Below the pieces are notes generated by a model. That model worked only from the letters and a program-made list of their open reading frames with translations. It made no database searches and had not been told where the DNA came from. A stretch of DNA of 64,000 nucleotides from the NCBI GenBank assembly GCA_050008535.1, contig JBEKML010000001.1, positions 327,050 to 391,049 of the forward strand. Reading direction: 5' to 3'. Within the stretch, counting starts at the first letter, position 1, and every line of letters starts with the position of its first letter. Shown here in pieces: positions 27,701-36,536 of this stretch. The translations under genes and the position numbers were made by a program. This DNA is from Minisyncoccia bacterium (GTDB lineage Bacteria > Patescibacteriota > Minisyncoccia > UBA6257 > 2-01-FULL-56-20).

Positions 27701-28496
27701 TCTTGTCGTCACGCCGGGTTCCGGTTTGTCGGTGCAGATTCACGTGCCTGGCCAAAGCCGGACGGACGCCGTAGTTGAATTCAAGGTGAAATCGAGCGCG
27801 GTGGGGGCAAACACGGGGAATATTGCGAGCGTCGCCCGCGCCGATAGCGGCGCCAATCGCTACCATCTTTCGATGGCGGATTTTCTGAATCAAAAAGAGG
27901 CGATCGGAAAGACGAACTCAAGTGCCTATAGCACGCTTACGTCAACGGCATTCACGTTCAGTGCCGGCACCTTTTACGAATTCCGCGGTTCGATTTCCGG
28001 AACAACGCTCTCGTCGTGGCTGAACGGTGGGAATGCCTTGACGATAACTGACTCCGCGCTCACAAGCGCAGGATATCTCGGTTTCGCCGCTTCTTCTACG
28101 AACGGCAGTGTTACCTTTACCATTGATAATTTCGCTCTCTATTCTTCAACCGGCGTTACCATGAACAGTCTGCCGGGCGGCGGCTCATGGACGGTGAGGA
28201 CATCAGCATCTACCACGATCTCATGCCAGACGGGAAGCACATGGGACCTCTCAACGTACACGGGACAAGTACCGATAGATTACGACAACGGCGGGGGAAG
28301 CGTTGCAGTGTGGGCTGGGAATAATTCCTGTTCCGGCGCACCGGACGTGACCTATCCGGCAGCGGGTCTTGCAACCGACATTTTCGGCGGCGATACCTAC
28401 GCCTATACCCCGGTCGGCAGCACCACGTCCCAGCGCGGCGCTTCCATTGCAACCTCCACAATTACTGTCGGCACCGCCGGAGTGATCAGCTACTAA
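24744..28496 (+). CDS. Large secreted adhesin: beta-helix-like region, FN3 repeats, ConA/LamG-like domain and a pilin-like last strand
   Basis: Sec signal (AFA-S); RYYVGGTANW...PTPADNCFFD repeated as PLPQDDVVFN; two FN3 units (VNW...YRV); Ser/Thr/Gly rich. Confidence 0.85.
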   Translation: MQNKKFIVVGVVIGCIIIFAPKAFASDRYYVGGTANWSATSSWATTSGGSPGASIPTPADNCFFDASSSPTSYTVTLTAAVSCKDITVVSPPSGNATIGVNNYNMAVYGSMDLATGTVVSIGTSGVSFAATSSVQTIRTRGTSFVIVSFTGSGATFRLLDNLTVSYQIGLSAGRIFDANGQTVIFPSSTNAYVSGDFTFYNLTRNTNAANRNLYLGGNITITGTLTLNGYSATTSRSLLVSQTSGAQTAGITRTITLSGASATLSVSNIDLEDIAGAVANGASAALWDLSAISGLSGDCGGNSGITFTNPQTQYYKHPGTANASWSGANWYASDHATLQRVPLPQDDVVFNVGAFAATGKKITMDMPRGGKSIDFSAVEYTPTFALDSTSNTIYGSLTLGTMGNSNIIAMGGNAFVFGGRSAYTLKSNGNTFSSAGNWSFTSNAPGGSLTLKDNLNMVGGTAVTLTTANGTFSAVDGANNYAITTGRIGVSASGTIALGSATHLLTGTGAVWTGTGIVNAGSSTLKFTNTGTSTISFTSGTKTYNNVWFSRGGSTASTTITGNNTFNDFKDDGNAAHSILFTHGTTSTVQTFTVTGNGAGNEITINSDTAATHSLVKLGGGTISSDYLNIQHSVASPVNTWYAGTNSINNQAVATAGSGWIFTSPPVPGAPGTPTYTSVSSSTLTVNWASSTGATYYKMERATSSQSYLQIATTSALSYADTGLTANTTFFYRVRGTNGNGDGPYSTSSSILTLPDVVSPAPTYANIGTSTVTVNWTTPTGGAASYIIQRATSSQSYAQVATTTAIFINDSGLAQSTIYFYRVQAANATGNGQVSASSSVTTTGVNSAPNAPSEDLPANNSQGISITPVFEMTATDPESNNLQYRVVIYSNSGCTAVVQTNDQSASQTGWSGQNASSSYEYISGTQGVFATQSALSANTTYYWIANAKDPEGSNTWGASSTCNGFTTAYGSWATDSGNWSVSSSQYLVVTPGSGLSVQIHVPGQSRTDAVVEFKVKSSAVGANTGNIASVARADSGANRYHLSMADFLNQKEAIGKTNSSAYSTLTSTAFTFSAGTFYEFRGSISGTTLSSWLNGGNALTITDSALTSAGYLGFAASSTNGSVTFTIDNFALYSSTGVTMNSLPGGGSWTVRTSASTTISCQTGSTWDLSTYTGQVPIDYDNGGGSVAVWAGNNSCSGAPDVTYPAAGLATDIFGGDTYAYTPVGSTTSQRGASIATSTITVGTAGVISY

Positions 28497-28524
28497 GAAT
28501 TGTCCTGATGGTATAATGAACAGG

Positions 28525-28923
28525 ATGAAGCGCGGACAGACGTTCTTGGCACTTGTCTTTTTGATCGGCGGGGTGGTGATCCTGATCGGGCTCACGCTTG
28601 TGTTCCTTGCCAATACCTTCGTCGATACGGGGTATGGCTATCAAGCATCAATACAGGCAGAGGCGGTGGCAGCATCAGGAGCGAGGGACGCCCTACTTCT
28701 CCTTGGCCGCATCTCCGGAGCTTCGCTTCCGGGAAGCTATACGGTTCCCGTGGGGTCAAGCACCGCAACAGTGACCATCACGCAAAATAGTCCTTCCACG
28801 GGCCTTATCACCGTACTTTCCACTGCGACCGTTTCAAATCGTGCGAGAAAAATAAGCGTAGTAGCGGCAATCGACGCCTCTACGGGCCAGGTAAGCGTCA
28901 TCTCGTGGCAGGCCACTCAATGA
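28525..28923 (+). CDS. PilX-like minor pilin
   Basis: KRGQTFLALVFL, QAEAVAASGARDALL; TATAAT just upstream favours ATG 28525. Confidence 0.75.
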   Translation: MKRGQTFLALVFLIGGVVILIGLTLVFLANTFVDTGYGYQASIQAEAVAASGARDALLLLGRISGASLPGSYTVPVGSSTATVTITQNSPSTGLITVLSTATVSNRARKISVVAAIDASTGQVSVISWQATQ

Positions 28924-28924
28924 A

Positions 28925-30445
28925 ATGAAAAAAATATTTCACCAATTACTTTCTTTTTTGCGGGTTCGCGCGATGGCGGGGGGGCTTGAAGTGAGCGATC
29001 AAGTGCTGCGGCTGGTGAATGTTAACAAAAAAATATGGCAGATGTATGCGGTCCGGCTGGAGCCGGGCGTTTTGGAGAGAGGAAGGATAAAAAATCGCGA
29101 GGCGTTCATTGCGGCGCTTACCGCATTGAGAGCAATGGCGCAAGGAGAAGAAAAGGCGAAAAAGATGAGCGTGGTGCTTTGTATAAGCTCCGCAGAGACC
29201 TATACCCAGCTCTTTTCCCTTCCGTTGGTTCGGGGCGAGGAACTGGAGAAAACGGTGGAGTTGAATCTTCAGATGGCGTCACCGCTCGAGGCCGGCGAGG
29301 CACATTCGGGGTGGCAACTGGTGAACCAGGAGAAAGATAAGCCGCAGCTTCAGGTCCTTTCCGCATTTATGGAACGGAAAGCGGTGGATGAAATGGTGGA
29401 CGCTCTTTTTGAAGCGGGATTTTTGGTGATGGCGGTAGAGTCGCGCGCGCTCGCTTTGACGAGAATGTTTCGCGAAAAGGGTGCGGGCATCGATGCGGCG
29501 AAGTCGTATATATTCGTGAATATTGACAACACAGGACTTGATTTTCTCGTCATCCGCAACGGTGCGCTTTATTTTGAATATGCAAATTCATGGCATGATC
29601 TTATGGATGAAAAAGGGGAAATTACCGCCGCGAAATTTGAGGCAACACTTGCGGCAAGCGTGCGGCAAGTCATCAATTTTTATAACCAGCATTGGGCGGA
29701 ACCCCTTGGCGCCATCATTCTTTCAGCGGCGGCGCTTGAGGCTGAGGCCGAGAAAGCGATCGCTTCGAACGCCTCTGTTCCGACGGTGCGCCTCACGCTT
29801 GTCATGGGCCAGCCGATTTCTTCGGAGTGGCTCACGGCGCTCGGATGTAGTTTGCGCGAATCGGGGCACAAAACGGAAGATCACGAAATAAGCTTTCTGG
29901 GAGAAGATTCGGAGGATCAATTCCGCCAAGGACAAGTTCTCAACTTTATGCGTTTTTGGCGCGTGGTAGTTCCCGCCACATTAGCCCTCCTTGTGCTTGC
30001 CTTTATTGTGGCGGATGTCTTCCTTATGAATACAAAGAGCGAGATCGAATCGCGTTCCGACTTCAATTTCGGCGGCGCGGAGGTGCCCAAAATTTTAACT
30101 CTTCAGACGTCAGCAAGGGACTTCAACCATTTGGTGACGCTTGTTGCCGCCGCTGAGGGCGCAACGAGTCCGAAAAACGATTTCTTGAGGAAGATAGTGG
30201 ATTTTGCGGCGGTGAATCATGTCACCATTTCCCACCTTTCTTTTCGATCGTTCGGTGAGCCAATCAGTCTTTCGGGAATCGCCCAGACAGCAGGTGCCGT
30301 GCTATCCTTCAAGACGGCCACCGAAAACGATTCTGCGTTCAGCAAGATCGATCTTCCTTTGACCGGCATCCAGGCGAACGGAGGCAACGTTTCGTTTTCA
30401 ATGACGTTTCTTTACGCTCCGTCACCCCCGCCGGGCTCACCGTAG
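28925..30445 (+). CDS. PilM-PilN fusion protein
   Basis: GGLEVSDQVLR and LEPGVLERGRI (PilM actin-like), VESRALALTR, then a TM and PilN-like ISLSGIA...FSMTF. Confidence 0.75.
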   Translation: MKKIFHQLLSFLRVRAMAGGLEVSDQVLRLVNVNKKIWQMYAVRLEPGVLERGRIKNREAFIAALTALRAMAQGEEKAKKMSVVLCISSAETYTQLFSLPLVRGEELEKTVELNLQMASPLEAGEAHSGWQLVNQEKDKPQLQVLSAFMERKAVDEMVDALFEAGFLVMAVESRALALTRMFREKGAGIDAAKSYIFVNIDNTGLDFLVIRNGALYFEYANSWHDLMDEKGEITAAKFEATLAASVRQVINFYNQHWAEPLGAIILSAAALEAEAEKAIASNASVPTVRLTLVMGQPISSEWLTALGCSLRESGHKTEDHEISFLGEDSEDQFRQGQVLNFMRFWRVVVPATLALLVLAFIVADVFLMNTKSEIESRSDFNFGGAEVPKILTLQTSARDFNHLVTLVAAAEGATSPKNDFLRKIVDFAAVNHVTISHLSFRSFGEPISLSGIAQTAGAVLSFKTATENDSAFSKIDLPLTGIQANGGNVSFSMTFLYAPSPPPGSP

Positions 30446-30957
30446 GGAAGAAGTTGGTTCGCGATTTCGGCAAAAACCGCGTGAAGGATCTTTCGATCCT
30501 TCGGCGTGATGTTTTTAAGCACGAACGCGGATGCTTTCTTGCGCCCCGTCCCCTCCGTGGGGCGGATGCCGATGCGGATGCGCGTGAAATCTTTCGTGCG
30601 GAGCGCGTCCATGATGGATTGGACTCCTTTGTGGCCCGCCGCGTTTCTTCCGGCGGATACTTTGTATTTTCCGACCGGAAGATCGCTCTCGTCGTGAAGA
30701 ACGGTGAGCTCCGTGGCTCTTCCGCCGAATTTCTTCATTGCTTCCCGCACCGCCGCGCCCGATTCGTTCATGAAAGTGAGAGGAAGAACGAACACGGTAT
30801 CCGCGGTCGCAGCGAACGCGAAAGAACCTTTCTGTTTTTTGAACTCCATCCCGTCCGTGATCACCCGGAGCGCGGACTGTCCCACGTTGTGGTAGGTATG
30901 CGCAAACGCCGTGCCGGGGTTGCCAAGTCCCACGATGATTCTTCGCAGCGTTTTCAT
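30412..30957 (-). CDS. pth: Peptidyl-tRNA hydrolase
   Basis: IVGLGNPG, TYHNVG, TFMNESG, AGHKGVQSI, RIRIGI. Confidence 0.95.
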   Translation of the reverse strand: MKTLRRIIVGLGNPGTAFAHTYHNVGQSALRVITDGMEFKKQKGSFAFAATADTVFVLPLTFMNESGAAVREAMKKFGGRATELTVLHDESDLPVGKYKVSAGRNAAGHKGVQSIMDALRTKDFTRIRIGIRPTEGTGRKKASAFVLKNITPKDRKILHAVFAEIANQLLPYGEPGGGDGA

Positions 30958-31000
30958 TGGCTTGATTTTACCATATTGCGCGCGATATAATGAGTACTAC

Positions 31001-31552
31001 ATGAGGAAATTTCTTGCGTCGCTCCTGGAGGTTTTGGAGATCGCGGTCATTGCGGTTGTGGCAGTATTCATCGTGAGGACCTTCCTGGTGCAGCCCTTCC
31101 TCGTAAGCGGTTCCAGCATGTCGCCGAACTTTTCGAACGGCGATTACGTGCTGGTGGATGAGCTGACCTACCATCTCCGCGGGCCGGAACGCGGCGAAGT
31201 AGTCGTCTTCCATGATCCACAGGATTATTCCACCTATTTCATCAAGCGGGTCATCGGCTTGCCGAACGAACGTGTGACGATCAAAAATGACACCATAACG
31301 GTCGTGAACAGCGCCTATCCGCAGGGGTTTGCGCTTGGCGAAACCTATCTTCCAAAGGGGATCGATACATCGGGTAATACCACATATGCTCTTTCTTCGA
31401 GCACCTACCTTCTCCTCGGCGATAACCGCCCATTCAGTTATGATTCGCGGATGTGGGGGCCGCTTCCGAAGAGCAATATTGTGGGGCTTGTCCGGGTCCG
31501 TCTCTGGCCCTTGAATGAAATGACCGCTTTTGCGGCGCCGCAGTACCAATAA
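31001..31552 (+). CDS. lepB: Signal peptidase I
   Basis: SGSSMSP, FIKRVIGLP, GDNRPFSYDSR. Confidence 0.95.
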   Translation: MRKFLASLLEVLEIAVIAVVAVFIVRTFLVQPFLVSGSSMSPNFSNGDYVLVDELTYHLRGPERGEVVVFHDPQDYSTYFIKRVIGLPNERVTIKNDTITVVNSAYPQGFALGETYLPKGIDTSGNTTYALSSSTYLLLGDNRPFSYDSRMWGPLPKSNIVGLVRVRLWPLNEMTAFAAPQYQ

Positions 31553-32844
31553 TGAACGACAAACCAAAAGAAAATCCGCGCACTTTTCAGGCCGTGAGAG
31601 GCATGCACGACGTTTTGCCTGCCGATCAGCCATATTGGGACCGGATCGAAAACCTTACCAAGGACCTTGCGCGTTCCTACGGCTTCGCGCGGCTTGAGCC
31701 GCCCGTTTTGGAATTCGCGGAGCTCTATCACAAGACGTCCGGCGAGGAAAGCGACGTGGTGCAGAAAGAAATGTATACGCTTCGTACAAAGGGAGGAGAC
31801 TTCCTGGCGCTCCGGCCGGAATATACGCCGGGCATCGCGCGCGCGTATCTTGAAAATAGTTTGAGCCGCATGGGCCAGCCGCAAAAACTGTTTTATTTCG
31901 GTCCGGTCTTCCGGCACGACCGACCGCAGCTCGGGCGCTACCGGCAGTTCACGCAAATCGGGTTCGAAACGCTCGCGGGCCCGAACGATCCCATCTATGA
32001 CGCGGAGATCATCTCCGTTTCGTGGGACCTTTTAAGCGAGCTTAAAATAAAAAACCCCACGTTGAAGATCAATTCCATCGGCTGCCGCGTCTGCCGCCCG
32101 TTGTATAAAAAACAGCTCGTCAATTATTACAAAAACTACGAAAAGGAGCTTTGCGGGGACTGCGCGGAGCGGTTGAAAACGAATCCGCTCCGGCTTTTGG
32201 ATTGCAAAGAAGAAGGGTGCGTAAAGTTGAAGGGAAAAGCGCCGAACTTTCTGGACAAGCTTTGCGCGATGTGCACGGAGCATTTCAAGTCGGTGCTGGA
32301 ATATCTTGAAGAAGTGGCGATTCCCTACGAGCTTGATAATCACCTCGTGCGCGGCTTGGACTATTACAGCAGGACCGTTTTTGAAATGTACGCCGAGGGC
32401 GCGGAAGCGGCCATCGGCGCCTTGCCTGCCGGCGGCCGCTACGATTATTTGATGGAAACGATCGGCGGGCACCTGACGCCTGCGGTGGGCGTCGCCTGCG
32501 GCGTGGAGCGCCTGATCGCCGTCATGAAAGCGAGGGAGATCGCGCTGCCCGCGCGGAACCAGAAAAAAGTGTTCCTGGTGCACGCCGGGGAACTTGCGAA
32601 GCAAAAGGCGTTCGGGCTCTTGCAGTCGCTCCGCGCCCGGGGCATCTTCGTCGCCGAATCGCTCGCGAAGGAATCGCTTGCGGCGCAGCTGAAGGTCGCC
32701 GACAAAGAAGGGATCAGTCTTGCGCTCATCCTCGGCCAGAAAGAGATTTACGAAAAGAGCATTATTATTCGCGACCTGAAAACCGGCCTGCAGGAAGCTA
32801 TCCCACAAGAAAGACTTGTGGACGAGATTAAAAAGCGTTTATAA
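31552..32844 (+). CDS. hisS: Histidine--tRNA ligase
   Basis: VRGMHD, LRPEYT, GRYRQFTQ, LVRGLDYYSRTVFE, GGRYD. Confidence 0.97.
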   Translation: MNDKPKENPRTFQAVRGMHDVLPADQPYWDRIENLTKDLARSYGFARLEPPVLEFAELYHKTSGEESDVVQKEMYTLRTKGGDFLALRPEYTPGIARAYLENSLSRMGQPQKLFYFGPVFRHDRPQLGRYRQFTQIGFETLAGPNDPIYDAEIISVSWDLLSELKIKNPTLKINSIGCRVCRPLYKKQLVNYYKNYEKELCGDCAERLKTNPLRLLDCKEEGCVKLKGKAPNFLDKLCAMCTEHFKSVLEYLEEVAIPYELDNHLVRGLDYYSRTVFEMYAEGAEAAIGALPAGGRYDYLMETIGGHLTPAVGVACGVERLIAVMKAREIALPARNQKKVFLVHAGELAKQKAFGLLQSLRARGIFVAESLAKESLAAQLKVADKEGISLALILGQKEIYEKSIIIRDLKTGLQEAIPQERLVDEIKKRL

Positions 32845-32852
32845 CCATTCAT

Positions 32853-33260
32853 ATGGAGGATTGCATCTTTTGTAAAATAGCGGCAAAGGAAAGCCCCGCG
32901 TATGTGGTATACGAAGATGAGCACGCCATCGCCTTTTTTGATATCACGCCGAGTGCGCCGGGGCACACGATGGTGATCCCAAAAGCGCACGCGCCGAATT
33001 TTCTTGAATTGCCGGATGCCGAAGTGGCACCGCTTTTTGCGGCGGTGAAGAAAGTGGCGGAGCTTGTGGTACGCAAACTCGGAGCGGACGGGGCCACGGT
33101 GGGTATAAACCAAGGCCGCGCGAGCGGACAATATGTGGACCATCTGCACGTGCACATCATTCCGCGATGGAAAGGCGACGGCGGATCTGCGGTGCAGTCG
33201 GTGGTGAACAATAAACCAAAGGAATCGCTGGAGGAGATCAAAAAGAAGATTGTTGGCTAG
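32853..33260 (+). CDS. HIT family protein
   Basis: DCIFCKI and HLHVHIIPR. Confidence 0.95.
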   Translation: MEDCIFCKIAAKESPAYVVYEDEHAIAFFDITPSAPGHTMVIPKAHAPNFLELPDAEVAPLFAAVKKVAELVVRKLGADGATVGINQGRASGQYVDHLHVHIIPRWKGDGGSAVQSVVNNKPKESLEEIKKKIVG

Positions 33261-33345
33261 CAGCGCCAGGATATTCTATTTCTCTGGACTATTTTTAGTC
33301 CTTTTAGTACCCTTGACTTAGACGCTTTACACAAGGAGCAGAACG

Positions 33346-34743
33346 TTGGAACCAAAAATCACGGAAGATACGCTGCGTGCCCTCGGGTTGGTTTTCCCGG
33401 TTTTCAGTGGCGTTCAGATTGACCTCACCGCAGTATCTCGCTCCGTGCCCGACGGCAATAAGCGGTCCGCCTCCTTGTGCAACCACAATTGCACCAGTGA
33501 GGTCGGCGGCTATACTTGCCCCGCGGCGTTTACCCGTAATAGGGGAGTTAAGCCCAGGTTTGCATCGGGCGAGGAACTCCTCCTGCGAATCGAGATGGGT
33601 CGCAACGGGCTGATGCTTGCCCGCAATGCCTTTCTCAAGGATCACTTTGCCGATTACTGCCGACTCTTCGCCGTTCCCGCCGCCGTTCAGGCGATTCTCG
33701 CACGGTCGCTTCAATCCGATTTGTGCGAAGTCAACTTGTTTGGGGGCAATCCGGAAATGCATCCCGAAGTCACCGAGCTCATCCGGAAGCTCAAGGCGAG
33801 GGACTTCCGGGTGAATCTGACCACGACGGGGCGCCGCTTTATCACGGATAGGCAATTCGTCGGAGAATTTGCGGCGAGTCCAGCTCATCTTTTGGCCCTC
33901 AGCGCGGACGACTTCGATCCGGCACGGCTTGATGAGCTATTCCAGATGCCCCTCGGTGAACTCGCGGCCACCTGGAAGCAGATCAATCCGCTTTACGGCC
34001 AAGCCCAGAAATTCGCGGAAGGGGTCTATGCCGCGCGTCTCGTGCAAGAGCGGAACATCCAAACGCAGGTGTTGTTTAACATGGTGCTTCACGCGGGGAA
34101 TCTTCGCCATATCCGGCGGATCATCGCGGCCATCGCGAAGCATCTTCCTGGAGCGCTCGTAAATCCGTATTCCGCGCAGGATTCTTTCGTGGGCGGGGAC
34201 GGCCATCTGTTTTCGGCGGAGGACATCGCGGAGTTCGCCGGGCTCGTGGAGTACTTCATCTACGAAACCCGGCGTGGCAATCCGAATCTGACGAAGCGCA
34301 TTCAGTACTGGCTTGTTATGGAAGCGGTGCTGGAAATCTTCCAGGAAGACCCGGCGGCAGCCAGCAAGCTCATCGCTGGGCATCGCATCTGGCGGTGCTA
34401 CCAAGAGGAACCAATTCCCGGTGCCGGCATGTATCTGCAGATCGGCAGGGGCAACCCCGTCAACTTTATGCAAAGCGGCAACGGCGCAATGCAACCCGGC
34501 GGATACCCCGGTTGCTACTGGAACGACATCACTGTGACGGGCCCCTCGCCAGTTTCTTCGGCAGACCAGGTTGCTCGGCATTTGCTGGGCGGGATGCAAA
34601 TGTTGGCGGCAAGAGCCGCTGAACCCTGCCCAGGCTGTTCGATGCCCCGGCTGTGGTTCAACATGATTACAACGGAACTGGGACTCAACTCCGAGTTGCG
34701 CGCGTCGTATCTGCAACTGCGGCAGCGGCACGTTGGGTTCTAA
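33346..34743 (+). CDS. Radical SAM-like protein with an atypical CxxxC-x8-C motif
   Basis: CNHNCTSEVGGYTC, LFGGNPEMHP, LTTTG, ALSAD, and C-terminal Cys (RCY, GCYW, CPGC); AAGGAG upstream. Confidence 0.65.
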   Translation: MEPKITEDTLRALGLVFPVFSGVQIDLTAVSRSVPDGNKRSASLCNHNCTSEVGGYTCPAAFTRNRGVKPRFASGEELLLRIEMGRNGLMLARNAFLKDHFADYCRLFAVPAAVQAILARSLQSDLCEVNLFGGNPEMHPEVTELIRKLKARDFRVNLTTTGRRFITDRQFVGEFAASPAHLLALSADDFDPARLDELFQMPLGELAATWKQINPLYGQAQKFAEGVYAARLVQERNIQTQVLFNMVLHAGNLRHIRRIIAAIAKHLPGALVNPYSAQDSFVGGDGHLFSAEDIAEFAGLVEYFIYETRRGNPNLTKRIQYWLVMEAVLEIFQEDPAAASKLIAGHRIWRCYQEEPIPGAGMYLQIGRGNPVNFMQSGNGAMQPGGYPGCYWNDITVTGPSPVSSADQVARHLLGGMQMLAARAAEPCPGCSMPRLWFNMITTELGLNSELRASYLQLRQRHVGF

Positions 34744-34832
34744 GGGTTCCAACTAGGAGAGGTAAATACAAGCGGGCGACCATCAAGGCCGCCCGCGTTG
34801 ACTTAATGGATTTTTCCACTATACTGTTCCCT

Positions 34833-35051
34833 ATGGCAATTGAGGCACGAAAACGGGAAGGGGAATCCCCGAACAACCTGCTTTTCACGTTCACGAGGAA
34901 GATGAAACGGAGCGGCATCTTGAAGGAGGTGCGCTCGCGGAAGTTCCATGACCGGCCGGTGAGCCGGATCAAGCGCCGGCTTTCGGCGATCCACCGCGAG
35001 GCGAAGCGGACCGAGGTGGAACGGATGAAAAAACTCGGGCTGCTCGGCTAG
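34833..35051 (+). CDS. rpsU: 30S ribosomal protein S21
   Basis: Basic 72-aa protein (RKREGES...FTRKMKRSGILKEVRSRKF) upstream of yqeY. Confidence 0.8.
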   Translation: MAIEARKREGESPNNLLFTFTRKMKRSGILKEVRSRKFHDRPVSRIKRRLSAIHREAKRTEVERMKKLGLLG

Positions 35052-35097
35052 TGTGCGATCCCCGCCGCGCAGCGGGGATTTGGTTTATAATAGAGAC

Positions 35098-35544
35098 ATG
35101 GCGCTTTTTCAAAAAATAAATGACGATTTGAAATCTGCGATGAAAGGCGGCCAAAAGGACCGCGTGGGGGTTTTGCGGTTCATGCTCGCGGGGGTCCAAA
35201 ATGCGCAGAAGGAAAAAGGTGTGAAGCAGCCCGGCGAGGCGTTGACCGACGAGGAAGCGGTCGCGGTTTTGCAAAAAGAGGCCAAACGCCGGAAAGAGGC
35301 GATAGAACTTTTCCGGCAGGGCAAACGGGACGATCTGGTGAAAAAAGAAGAGGCCGAGCTTGCGATGATCTATGAATATCTGCCGAAGGAGCTTTCGGCG
35401 GCGGAGATCGAGAAGATGGTGGATGAGCTCAAGACACAAGGATTCAATGATTTTAATGCTCTTATGCGCGAGACAATGAAGCTTGTGAAGGGCCGCACGG
35501 ACGGGAAGACGGTGGGCGATATCATCAAGAAAAAACTTGGGTAG
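35098..35544 (+). CDS. GatB/YqeY domain protein
   Basis: DLKSAMK, KEAKRRKEAIELF, YLPKELS. Confidence 0.92.
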   Translation: MALFQKINDDLKSAMKGGQKDRVGVLRFMLAGVQNAQKEKGVKQPGEALTDEEAVAVLQKEAKRRKEAIELFRQGKRDDLVKKEEAELAMIYEYLPKELSAAEIEKMVDELKTQGFNDFNALMRETMKLVKGRTDGKTVGDIIKKKLG

Positions 35545-35569
35545 GGCGTCTGCGGGGCGTTCCGCTCTT

Positions 35570-35959
35570 ATGGATAAAAAACTTGCGCGGCTTGCAAAAA
35601 AGATTTTGAGGATCGTCGGAGGGCGTAATGCTGCAGTGCGCACCGCGGCTCTGGATGTTTTTTTGCTTCCCGATCGGGAGATCGCCGTGCTCAAACGCCG
35701 TTTTTTCAAAAAGAAGACCGAGCCCAATGTGCTCTCGTTCCCCGAGCCCCTGTGTTTCCCGCATCCCGAAACCAAGCGGCGCTATCTCGGCGAGATTTAT
35801 CTGAACCGCGACTTATTGCGCCGTGATCCCGAGCGCGCCGCACCGCTTTTGCTGCACGGGATATTGCATTTGCTCGGCTACGATCACAAAAAGAAAGCCG
35901 GTGCCGCGAAAATGGAAAAATTAGAAAAGAACATCCTGCGCCGTTCCGGAAAAACATGA
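35570..35959 (+). CDS. ybeY: rRNA maturation RNase YbeY
   Basis: NVLSFP, LGEIYL, HGILHLLGYDH. Confidence 0.92.
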   Translation: MDKKLARLAKKILRIVGGRNAAVRTAALDVFLLPDREIAVLKRRFFKKKTEPNVLSFPEPLCFPHPETKRRYLGEIYLNRDLLRRDPERAAPLLLHGILHLLGYDHKKKAGAAKMEKLEKNILRRSGKT

Positions 35960-35993
35960 AGCCCCGGCGTTCGTGAACGAACGCGGGGGCTTC
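35958..35993. terminator. Hairpin between convergent genes
   Basis: GAAGCCCCGGCGTTCGT-GA-ACGAACGCGGGGGCTTC. Confidence 0.55.
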
Positions 35994-36044
35994 TGGAAGC
36001 CGGGCAATGCCCGGGATGAATCTTGTCGCCCACGGGGCGTCGGG

Positions 36045-36437
36045 TTACGGGAGCGATACCGTGGCGGTCTCGAGGCCTGCCTTCCCGAGGAGCGGGAACA
36101 TCTCCCGATTCACGAGGTCCTCAAGTGCGGGGAACGCCTTGGCGACATCAGCGAGCAACGTCGTCAACCTCAGGTCTTTCGTCGGGAGGCCGCGCTGCAC
36201 GCAGAACGCTCGTGCCCCTTCTAGCGCGAACCCGACGTATTTGTCTTCTCCGTCTTTTGGGTGATTGTTCTCGAAGACCATGAAGACCTCGTTGACGGGG
36301 GTCTCCAGAATACTGCAGGGTTTAATGACAACCTCGATTCGTCCGAGGTCCCGGTCAAACCACGCGAACGGCCGGAACTCCGGGCTGTCCGCAAACACAC
36401 GACGGACAACGTCCCCCATCTCCGCGATGGTCAGCAT
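36045..36437 (-). CDS. Hypothetical protein
   Basis: 130-aa ORF with AGGAGG upstream; fills the gap between ybeY and ftsA. Confidence 0.65.
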   Translation of the reverse strand: MLTIAEMGDVVRRVFADSPEFRPFAWFDRDLGRIEVVIKPCSILETPVNEVFMVFENNHPKDGEDKYVGFALEGARAFCVQRGLPTKDLRLTTLLADVAKAFPALEDLVNREMFPLLGKAGLETATVSLP

Positions 36438-36536
36438 CTGTTTCTTCCTCCTCTAGGAAGAAGTAAAGACGACGCAGGGACATTCGTCAATGCACAGTTG
36501 CGACCCCGCTCTTTTCCTCATAAAATAAAGCTATAC

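Noticed and set aside
36261-36536. 92-aa N-terminal extension of FtsA in the ORF track (similar extensions for topA, ftsZ, lepB and rpsU)
   Set aside because: It overlaps other genes; recognisable family sequence begins at downstream ATGs.
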